From positions 3,348,001-3,412,000 of the forward strand of contig CATNEN010000005.1 of the NCBI GenBank assembly GCA_950097015.1: DNA of 64,000 nt, written 5' to 3'. The DNA comes from Macrostomum hystrix. Its lineage: Eukaryota > Animalia > Platyhelminthes. Made by a program: the position numbers and the translations under genes. Positions 11,170 through 22,500 of this stretch are shown here, piece after piece (positions within the stretch are counted from its first letter, which is position 1; every line of letters begins with the position of its first letter). The notes beneath the pieces were generated by a model, which was not told the origin of the DNA, searched no databases, and saw nothing but the letters and a program-made list of their open reading frames with translations.

Positions 11170-13135
11170 AGAGGAGTGGAGAAAGAATGTTCACTGATGT
11201 TTGACTTGGTGATAAGGAGAAAGAATGTTCACTGATGTTTGACTTGGTGATGAGGAGAAAGAATGTACATTGATGGTTGACTTGGTGATGAGGAGAAAGA
11301 ATGTACATTGATGGTTGACTTGGTGATGAGGAGAAAGAATGTACATTGATGTTTGGCTATGTGATGAGGAGAAAGAATGTACATTGATGTTTGACTTGGT
11401 GATGAGGAGAAAGAATGTACATTGATGTTTGACTTGGTGATGAGGAGAAAGAATGTACACTGATGTTTGGCTTGGTGATGAGGAGAAAGAATGTACATTG
11501 ATGTTTGGCTATGTGATGAGGAGAAATAATGTACATTGATGTTTGACTTGGTGATGAGGAGAAAGAATGTACATTGATGTTTGACTTGGTGATGAGGAGA
11601 AAGAATGTACACTGATGTTTGGCTTGGTGATGAGGAGAAAGAATGTACATTGATGTTTGGCTATGTGATGAGGAGAAAGAATGTACATTGATGTTTGACT
11701 TGGTGATGAGGAGAAAGAATGTACATTGATGTTTGACTTGGTGATGAGGAGAAAGAATGTACATTGATGTTTGGCTTGGTGATGAGGAGAAAGAATGTAC
11801 ATTGATGTTTGCTTTGGTGATGAGGAGAAAGAATGTACACTGATGTTTGGCTTGGTGATGAGGAGAAAGAATGTACACTGATGTTTGGCTTGGTGATGAG
11901 GAGAAAGAATGTACACTGATGTTTGGCTTGGTGATAAAGAGAAAGAATGTACATTGATGTTTGACTAGGTGATGAGGAGTAAGAATGTACATTGGTGTTT
12001 GGCTTGGTGATGAGGAGAAAGAATGTACATTGGTGTTTGGCTTGGTGATGAGGAGAAAGAATGTACATTGATGTTTGGCTTGGTGATGAGGAGAAAGAAT
12101 GTACATTGATGTTTGGCTTGGTGATGAGGAGAAAGAATGTACATTGATGTTTGGCTTGGTGATGAGGAGAAAGAATGTACACTGATGTTTGGCTTGGTGA
12201 TAAAGAGAAAGAATGTACATTGATGTTTGACTAGGTGATGAGGAGTAAGAATGTACATTGGTGTTTGGCTTGGTGATGAGGAGAAAGAATGTTCACTGAT
12301 GTTTGGCTTGGTGATGAGGAGAAAGAATGTACATTGATGTTTGGCTTGGTGATGAGGAGAAAGAATGTACATTGATGTTTGGCTTGGTGATGAGGAGAAA
12401 GAATGTACACTGATGTTTGGCTTGGTGATGAGGAGAAAGAATGTTCACTGATGTTTGGCTTGGTGATAAGGAGAAAGAATGTACACTGATGTTTGGCTTG
12501 GTGATGAGGAGAAAGAATGTACACTGATGTTTGGCTTGGTGATGAGGAGAAAGAATGTACACTGATGTTTGGCTTGGTGATGAGGAGAAAGAATGTACAT
12601 TGATGTTTGGCTTGGTGATGAGGAGTAAGAATGTACATTGGTGTTTGGCTTGGTGATGAGGAGAAAGAATGTTCACTGATGTTTGGCTTGGTGATGAGGA
12701 GAAAGAATGTACATTGATGTTTGGCTTGGTGATGAGGAGAAAGAATGTTCACTGATGTTTGGCTTGGTGATGAGGAGAAAGAATGTACATTGATGTTTGG
12801 CTTGGTGAAGAGGAGAAAGAATGTACATTGATGTTTGGCTTGGTGAAGAGGAGAAAGAATGTACATTGATGTTTGGCTATGTGATGAGGAGAAAGAATGT
12901 ACATTGATGTTTGGCTTGGTGAAGAGGAGAAAGAATGTACACTGATGTTTGGCTTGGTGAAGAGGAGAAAGAATGTACATTGATGTTTGGCTATGTGATG
13001 AGGAGAAAGAATGTACATTGATGTTTGGCTTGGTGATGAGGAGAAAGAATGTACACTGATGTTTGGCTTGGTGAAGAGGAGAAAGAATGTACACTGATGT
13101 TTGGCTTGGTGAAGAGGAGAAAGAATGTACATTGA
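11170..13135. repeat. 38-bp minisatellite (GATGTTTGGCTTGGTGATGAGGAGAAAGAATGTACATT), ~50 units
   Basis: Direct tandem periodicity; explains the repetitive ORFs. Confidence 0.97.
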
Positions 13136-13714
13136 GCAATAAAAAAGACAAACTTCAAACTTATTTAAAATTACTTGGTTATATAAACACTTAGCGACAA
13201 ATATATATGCGCAGCAGTGATAATTTTTTTCCAAAAGTGGCATTCAGTCCGCTTATTTAACTGAAATCAAACTTATAATTTCTGAATTTAACAGAATCAT
13301 CGCATTTTGGATTTGATTTAGTCCGAGCTATGAGCGCATACAAAGTGCATTCGTTTTAAAAACAGTGTCGGCAAAGTCGATAATATTGTGTTGTAAAAAA
13401 TCACTGCACTAGCAAAGAGCATGCAATTTTGTGAATCATATTAACGTGTCAACAGAGAGCTAAAGTTAATTAATACTTTAAGTAAACAAAAAATAGTAAA
13501 GCATTTTATTGATCATATAATCTCAACTACTTTACTGAAAAAAAGTACTTCGAAAAAACTATATTTCTGTTCGAAGTTTACGTTTGTTGAGTGAATTTTT
13601 TAAAAGTCAGGAGTATAATATGTACACATAACTGACTATGCCTCAAGCTGTTTAAGCTTTGCATTTGGCTAACGCAGCGCCTTAAAAATAAGATACTGAG
13701 CTCAGGGACTGTCC

Positions 13715-14235
13715 GAGTGGCTCCGGGGGTTGGCGGAGGGGAGAAATAATGGGCATTGCGGTCTGGTAGTTAGCCGAGTACAAAAAGAATGTACATTGGA
13801 GTCACGGAGTTGCGCACGGGAGAACAAATGTACATTGGGGTCTAGGGTTGGTGGAAGGGAGAAAGAATGTACATTGGGGTCTAGGGTTGGTGGAGGGGAG
13901 AAAGAATGTACACTGGGGTCTAGGGTTGGTGGAGGGGAGGAAGAATGTATGTTGGGGTCTGGCTGTTGGCAGAGGGAAGAAAGAATGTACATCGGGTCGG
14001 AGGAGCTGGCGAAGTGGAGAAAGAATGTACATTGTGGTCTGGGGTTTGTTGGAGGGGAGAAAGAATTGTACATTGGGGTCTAGGGGTTGGCGGAGGGGAG
14101 AAAGAATGTACATTGGGGTCTAGGGGTTGGTGGAGGGGAGAAAGAATTGTACATCGGGGTCTGGGGTTGGCGGAGGGGAGAAAGAATGTACATTGGGGTC
14201 TAGGGGTTGGTGGAGGGAAGAAAGAATGTACATTC
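13715..14235. repeat. ~39-40-bp G-rich minisatellite (GGGGTCTAGGGTTGGTGGAGGGGAGAAAGAATGTACATT)
   Basis: Tandem units sharing the GGAGAAAGAATGTACATTG core with the 38-bp array. Confidence 0.93.
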
Positions 14236-15214
14236 AGATTGGGGTCGGTTGCATTTGAATGTTCATTCCCCTGCTAACCAAGAATAAACAAATAAGTGCT
14301 TTAATATGTGCTTATGTGCCTACTCGCAGATAAACAAGTTAACTAGTGCAAACAGAGTACTAATCGTTTTAGTATATTCCGAACAAAAACGCTAAGCTGC
14401 TCCTACTAGATTAACAAATTATTTCAGATACGAAAGCATACGAGCGAATCAATAATCAATAATCAATTAGCACTGCAATATGACACGATTAGACAATAAC
14501 TTAACAAATACAAATTAATAATACAAATACAAATAATAATAACTTAACAAATATCTGTCTATGGCTCAAACCACAAATATCTCCACCTTACCAAAACGTT
14601 GACCCATCGTGCGCTAGGGTGGAAACTTTTCAATGTTGCTGAGTGTATGTATTTGATGTCTTACACGCGAATAGATTAAAAAAAGCAGAAATAACAAACG
14701 GGAACAAAGCAATAAAAACAGCGTGGCAACTAAATTTATTAGTGCGAATGGAAGCAGGCAGACATCAAAATATTGAACAGGACCAGAACACGCGAGGGTC
14801 AATTATATAATGTAGATAATAGAGAAAGCTGTAGTAGAAAAGCAAATTTATTTCCCATTTCCGTCAGTAAAAATCATCCGCTAGTATATAAGCGGTAATT
14901 AAAAAACTACAAAAAGGATTAGAATTCCTCTTTTCTTAAAAATTTACAGCTTGGCTTCAATTCGTGTATTTTCTTCTTTACTCAAACTACTACAATGACA
15001 CCACTAATTCAATGTATAAAACTATGAAATAAATATAAGCTTCAAAACTTCCGCTCCGTAACTAAACAGAAACTTTCGAATCATTCTAATTAAAATACTA
15101 AGAAAACAAAAAATATCATTAAAAGTGCCCGACAGTGTACACGTTACTGTTGAGTACGCGTTAAAGTTTACACAAAAGTGTGCCTAACAGTGCTCTTAAG
15201 ATGGTAATTAGGAG

Positions 15215-16515
15215 TGTTCTCAAGATAGTACTCAAGAGTGTACTCAAGAGTGTACTCAAGGTTGTACTTAAGAGTGTACTAAAGAGAATGCTTAAGATTT
15301 TACTTAAGGGTGTAATAATAATAATAATTGATTACACCTGCCCCAATAGGGCCAGATGTGCAGCCGACAGCACAGCCGCAGCTATTGCGCGGCGCATTTG
15401 AAGGCTGCGTACAGCTGTTCAGTCCATGGACTGGGGGGACGCCACACCCACCTTCAATTATCCCAGCTGATGCTGGTACCCATTTAACAGCTGGGTGAAC
15501 TGAAGCAATGCAGAGTTAAGTGTCTTGCTAAAGGACACAAATTGTTTCAGTGGAGTCGGGAATCGAACCCCCGACCTTCAAGTCGTTAGTCCGACGCCCT
15601 AACCACTAGGCTACAACCTCTCTTAATACTTAAGGGTGTACTTAGGGGTGTACTCAAGAGTGTACTCAAGGGTATACTTAAGAGTATGCTGAATATTTTA
15701 CCCATGAGTGTATTTAAGAGTGTACTCAAGAGTGTACTTAAGAGTGTACTTAAGAGAATGCTTACGATTTTACTCAAGGGTGTACTTAAGAGTGTACTCA
15801 AGGGTGTACTCAAGAGTGTACTCAAGAGTGTACTCAAGGGTGTACTTAAGGGTGTTCTTAAGGATGTACTTAAGAGAATGCTTACGATTTTACTCAAGGG
15901 TGTACTTGAGAGTGTACTCAAGGGTGTACTCAAGAGTGTACTCAAGAGTGTACTCAAGGGTGTACTTAAGGGTGTTCTTAAGGGTGTACTTAAGAGAATG
16001 CTTACGATTTTACTCAAGGGTGTACTTGAGAGTGTACTCAAGGGTGTACTCAAGAGTGTACTCAAGAGTGTACTCAAGGGTGTACTTAAGGGTGTTCTTA
16101 AGGGTGTACTTAAGAGAATGCTTACGATTTTACTCAAGGGTGTACTTAAGAGTGTACTCAAGGGTGTACTCAAGAGTGTACTCAAGAGTGTACTCAAGGG
16201 TGTACTCAAGAGTGTACTCAAGAGTGTACTCAAGGGTGTACTTAAGGGTGTTCTTAAGGGTGTACTTAAGAGAATGCTTACGATTTTACTCAAGGGTGTA
16301 CTTAAGAGTGTACTCAAGGGTGTACTTAAGAGTGTACTCAAGGGTGTACTCAAGGGTGTACTCAAGAGTGTACTCAAGAGTGTACTGAAGGGTGTTCTTA
16401 AGAGTGCATTCGGCAGTGTAATTGAGAGTGTACTCAAGAGAATATTGAAAAGTCTACTTAAGAGTAAGCTGAAGATTTTACTTAAGGGTGTACTCAAGAG
16501 TATACTCAAGTGTAC
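15215..16515. repeat. 12-bp satellite (GTGTACTYAAGR) with ~120-bp higher-order unit, interrupted by a SINE
   Basis: Variant block AAGAGAATGCTTACGATTTT recurs about every 120 bp (15750-16130). Confidence 0.95.
15315..15622 (-). mobile_element. tRNA-derived CORE-type SINE (family B)
   Basis: Minus strand: A box TAGCCTAGTGG, B box GGTTCGATTCC, then TTGTGTCCTTTAGCAAGACACTTAACTCTG...CAGTT...CTGTTAAATGGG resembling the MIR/CORE domain, (ATT)n tail. Flanked by direct TACTTAAGGGTGTA, which is ambiguous as a TSD inside a satellite. Confidence 0.85.
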
Positions 16516-16527
16516 TGAAGTGTTAGC

Positions 16528-19500
16528 TTAGTCATTGTTACCAGCGAACAGAGGATTATTAACCATAGTCGTGGGCTCCTTATAAACAGGATTCACGCCG
16601 GCACCCCATTTGGAGTTTTCGGCCTGCATTTTGACAAATTTGGCGTACTCTCGCTTATCAGAGATGGTGATGAGAAGCTTCCAGATCAATAGGATGATAA
16701 CGCCAATAACTACGACAGCTGCGACAACGATTAGGACTAGGATTAATGGCGAGACCTTGTCTCGGCACTGCTTCTCGCCCTGTATATATAGGGTCATGTT
16801 GCGCACCGAACCATTGCCAATGCTGCTGTCGCCAATGACGTAGCCGTATAGTAGGCTGCACTCGTTGGCCATGTTTAGTACGCATGTACTTTTATCGTTG
16901 ATGACTTCTCGCTGAGAGGTCAGCTGGATTCTGGAACAATTTGAAGTTTGCTTGATATACAATTATTAATATACAAGCTAACATTTCAAAAGAGTATTTT
17001 TTCATTGATATGTAGTAGCATAAATTGATTTTTACCTTATAACGACTTATTTTAATCGTCAAGGTCACCCGGGAGTGATTTAGAGGACTCAAGAATGATT
17101 CAGGTCACGATACGATTCGATTTATGTGACACATATAATACAATCAACAAATGTATGAATAAGGTAACTCAGATATGATTCAGTCAATCAGATTCAGTTA
17201 CCTCAGACATGTGATTCGGGTCACTCAGATTTAGTTCAGGTAAATAAAATATGATTCAGGTGCCCTATATATGATTTAGGTGACTCAGGTATGATTCAGG
17301 TGATCAAGAAGTGATTCAGGTGACCTAGAAATGACACAGATAAGCCTGAAATAACTCAGGTGACCCTGAAATAACTCAGGTGACCCTGAAATAACTCAGG
17401 TGACCCTGAAATAACTCAGGTGACCCTGAAATAACTCAGGTGACCCTGAAATAACTCATGTGACCCAGAAAATACTCATGTGACCCAGAAAATACTCAGG
17501 TGACGCTGAAATAACTCAGGTGACGCTGAAATAACTCAGGTGACCCTGAAATAACTCAGGTGACCCTGAAATAACTCAGGTGACCCTGAAATAACTCAGG
17601 TGACCCTGAAATAACTCAGGTGACCCTGAAATAACTCAGGTGACCCTGAAATAACTCAAGTGACCCTGAAATAACTTATGTGACCCAGAAAATACTCAGG
17701 TGACCCTGAAATAACTCATGTGACCCAGAAAATACTCAGGTGACCCAGAAATAACTCAAGTGACCCAGAAATAACTCATGTGACCTACAAATGATTCAGG
17801 TGACCCAGAAATAACTCAGGTGACCCACAAATGATTCAGGTGACCCACAAATGATTCAGGTGACCCACAAATGATAACGGTCATTCAGTTATGATTTAGG
17901 TGATTCAGATATCGGAATATTAGATTTATCCGGAATACCAGTACAGAACAGACCTGTTGACGTCGATCCAAACGCCCTCCTCAACCAGGCTGCAGTTGCA
18001 TTTAGCTTGCCTATCCTCAGGCGCCAATAGTCTATTATCAAAGACGCATTCAACGCAATGACGCAAGCCCTCATCATTGCACAGGCTGCCAGTAGAGCCA
18101 GCCTTCGTGTCGCAGTGCGGATCGGACGACCACAGGGCCTCGCAGACGCAGCGGCCGCAGATGCAGGTGCCGTGATTTGAGCACTGCATATTCTTGTATT
18201 GCTCTTTCTTAGAATGACAATCCGGATTCTTTTTATTCTGATCCGAGCATGAGCAGTCCTTCTCGGAGAAGCCTGGATTACATAGGCAGGTACGCTTGCC
18301 GTCGCATTTTCCGCGATTAGGACCGCCGCACGGCTCCTTCGTGTCCCAGGAGTCCGGGCAGGACATGTCGTCCAGTTCGCACAGTTTGCCATAATAATTA
18401 TCTTTGTAGCAGACGCATTTATTGCACACACAGCGTCCGTTCTTGCTGCAGATATTTGAGGTGTCGCCAGAGTGGCACTGATCAATCTGCAAGCCAGTCT
18501 GGGCGTCGCATTGGCACGAGTCGCCGCTGTAGTTGCCATGGCAACTGCAGACACCGCACTCCAAGTGGCTGAAATAAAAGAAAATTAGGCGACCCAGCTG
18601 TGACTTAAGTGACTCAGGTATTTTAGTGTTTTAGTTTAATGACCAAGTTGTGACTCGGTTGACCCAGCTGTGACTCAGATGGACCAGTTGTGACTCGGTT
18701 GACCTAGTTGTGACTCAGATGGACCAGTTTGACTCAAATGACCCAGTTGTGACTCAAATGACCCAGATGTGACTTAGTTGACCCAGTTGTGACTCAGATG
18801 GACTAGTTGTGACTCAGATGGACTAGTTGTGACTCAGATGGACTAGTTGTCACTCAGATGGACCAGTTTGACTCAGATGGACCAGTTTGACTCAGATGGA
18901 CCAGTTTGACTCAAATGACCCAGTTGTGACTTAGATGACCCAGTTGTGACTTAAATGACCCAGTTGTGACTCAAATGACCCAGATGTGACTTAGTTGACC
19001 CAGTTGTGACTCAGATGGACTAGTTGTCACTCAGATGGACCAGTTTGACTCAGATGGACCAGTTTGACTCAGATGGACCAGTTTGACTCAAATGACCCAG
19101 TTGTGACTTAGATGACCCAGTTGTGACTTAGATGACCCAGTTGTGTGACTTAAATGACCCAGTTGTGACTCAAATGACCCAGATGTGACTAAAATGACCT
19201 AGCTGTGACTCACTTGACCTAGTTGTGACTCAGATGGACCACTTGTGACTCAGTTGACCCAGTTGTGACTCAAATGAGCCAGACGTGACTCATGTGAACC
19301 ACCCAAAATGTGATGAAAGTGACGCTAATCGAGCACACTCACCCGCTATTCTGGCACTTCTGCTCCTTCTTCAATGGATTAGCCTTGGCCTCACAGTCTG
19401 GGCAATTGCACAGGGATTTGATTCGAACCTCCATGCGATCGTCTGATGTAGTTGAAGCGAAATGAATGATTTCCTCAGGTCTGGTGAGGCATTTTGTAAG

Positions 19501-22500
19501 CGTCACCGTGGCCCTATAAGCGACTGTAGCGCCCAAAGGTACTTTGTGGCAGCGATTGCCAACTTTGAAGTTGGTCTCGCCCGGGCATCGAACCTCGGAC
19601 GTGATATTCAACCAGAAGCCCGGATCGTTGGGCTTAATTTCGACGGTTTCGGCGATGGAACGATAATTATTTTTGATGAGTTCCAGGACATTGTCATTAG
19701 TAACTAAGTCGACTTCAGTTACAACAGGCAGGGTGTTTTTCAGTTGAGTATAGAGATCCCGGTACTTCATAGTCTTCAGGGCAAAGATGACGGATACTTT
19801 AGCGTCCGACAGAACTTTGGCTACCTGGCCAATAGAGGGATAGTCAAATCTGAAAGGTGTCAGGTTTTAAGGAAACATTAATGGGGTATCGAAGTAAGAC
19901 TCAATGACTGCAAATGGGGTATCGAAGTTAGACTCAAGGACTGCAAATGGGGTATCGAAGTAAGACTCAAGGACTGCAAATGGGGTATCGAAGTAAGACT
20001 CAAGGACTGTAAATGGGGTATCGAAGTTAGACTCAAAGACTGTAAATGGGGTATCGAAGTAAGACTCAATATCAATGACTGTAAATAGGGTATCGAAGTA
20101 AGACTCAAGGACTGTAATTAGGGTATCGAAGTAAGACTCAAGGACTGTAAATGGGGTATCGAAGTAAGACTCAAGGACTGTAAATGGGGTATCGAAGTTA
20201 GACTCAAGGACTGTAAATGGGGTATCGAAGTAAGACTCAAGGACTGTAAATGGGGTATCGAAGTTAGACTCAAGGACTGTAAATGGGGTATCGGAGTAAG
20301 ACTCAATGACTGTAAATGGGGTATCGGAGTAAGACTCAATGACTGTAAATGGGTATCGAAGTTAGACTCAAGGACTGTAAATGGGGTATCAAAGTTAGAC
20401 TCAAGGACTGCAAATGGGGTATCGAAGTAAGACTCAAGGACTGTAAATGGGGTATCGAAGTAAGACTCAAGGACTGCAAATGGGGTATCAAAGTAAGACT
20501 CAATGACTGCAAATGGGGTATCGAAGTAAGACTCAAGGACTGTAAATGGGGTATCGAAGTTAGACTCAAGGACTGTAAATGGGTATCGAAGTTAGACTCA
20601 ATGACTGTAAATGGGGTATCGAAGTAAGACTCAAGGACTGTAATTAGGGTATCGAAGTAAGACTCAATGACTGCAAATGGGGTATCGAAGTAAGACTCAA
20701 GGACTGTAAATGGGGTATCGAAGTTAGACTCAATGACTGCAAATGGGGTATCGAAGTTAGACTCAAGGACTGTAAATGGGGTATCGAAGTTAGACTCAAT
20801 GACTGTAAATGGGGTATCGAAGTAAGACTCAATGACTGCAAATGGGGTATCGAAGTAAGACTCAAGGACTGTAAATGGGGTATCGAAGTTAGACTCAAGG
20901 ACTGTAAATGGGGTATCGAAGTTAGACTCAAGGACTGTAAATAGGGTATCGGAGTAAGACTCAATATCAATGACTGTAAATAGGGTATCGAAGTAAGACT
21001 CAAGGACTGTAATTAGGGTATCGAAGTAAGACTCAATGACTGCAAATGGGGTATCAAAGTAAGACTCAAGGACTGTAAATGGGGTATCGAAGTTAGACTC
21101 AATGACTGCAAATGGGGTATCGAAGTTAGACTCAAGGACTGTAAATGGGGTATCGAAGTTAGACTCAATGACTGTAAATGGGGTATCGAAGTAAGACTCA
21201 ATGACTGCAAATGGGGTATCGAAGTTAGACTCAAGGACTGTAAATGGGGTATCGAAGTAAGACTCAATGACTGCAAATGGGGTATCGAAGTAAGACTCAA
21301 GGACTGTAAATGGGGTATCGAAGTTAGACTCAAGGACTGTAAATGGGGTATCGAAGTAAGACTCAATGACTGCAAATGGGGTATCGAAGTTAGACTCAAG
21401 GACTGTAAATAGGGTATCGGAGTAAGACTCAATATCAATGACTGTAAATAGGGTATCGAAGTAATACTCAAGGACTGTAATTAGGGTATCGAAGTAAGAC
21501 TCAAGGACTGTAAATGGGGTATCGAAGTTAGACTCAAGGACTGTAAATGGGGTATCGAAGTAAGACTCAATGACTGTAAATGGGGTATCGAAGTAAGACT
21601 CAAGGACTGTAAATGGGGTATCGAAGTTAGACTCAAGGACTGTAAATGGGGTATCGAAGTAAGACTCAATGACTGTAAATGGGGTATCGAAGTAAGACTC
21701 AATGACTGTAAATGGGTATCGAAGTTAGACTCAAGGACTGTAAATGGGGTATCGAAGTAAGACTCAATGACTGCAAATGGGGTATCGAAGTTAGACTCAA
21801 GGACTGTAAATGGGGTATCGAAGTAAGACTCAATGACTGCAAATGGGGTATCGAAGTTAGACTTAAGGACTGTAAATGGGGTATCGAAGTAAGACTCAAT
21901 ATCAATGACTGTAAATAGGGTATCGAAGTAATACTCAAGGACTGTAATTAGGGTATCGAAGTAAGACTCAAGGACTGTAAATGGGGTATCGAAGTTAGAC
22001 TCAAGGACTGTAAATGGGGTAACGAAGTAAGACTCAAGGACTGTAAATGGGGTATCGAAGCAAGACTCAAGGACTGTATATATAAGGTATGGAAGCAAGA
22101 CTAAAAGATTGTTGAAAGGGTATGGAAGCAATTCACTAAAGGACTGTTTATGGGGTATCGAAGCAAGTCTGAAGGATCGTTAATGTGGTATCGACGTTAG
22201 CTTCAAGGATCATAAACTGGGATCATAAACATAATCATCAAATCAACGCTGAAGGACTGGTATTAGGGTATCGAAGTAAGCTTGAAAAATATTTAATGGG
22301 TATCGAAGGAAGTATAAAGTAACGTTAATGTATCAAAGCCGTTCTGAATAATCCTTGACTCAAAAACTGGATGAGTAAATATAGCGTTAAAAATCATTAA
22401 CTTGGGTATCGAAACAAGCTTGAAGGTTTTCTAGTGGGGTAGAGACACAAATTAAAAGGACAATTAATAAGGTATCGAAGCAAGACTAACAAAACAGTAG

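Noticed and set aside
11170-13135. CRISPR-like array or snoRNA array (unit contains GTGATGA and sometimes CTGA)
   Set aside because: Contiguous repeats with no unique spacers in a eukaryotic context; no guide or box D geometry.
11123-22131. Long ORFs with periodic peptides (e.g. SLSLTSIPHLQ, LKSVLKGV, YILSPHHQ)
   Set aside because: Translations of minisatellites, open in several frames; several lie inside introns of well-supported genes.
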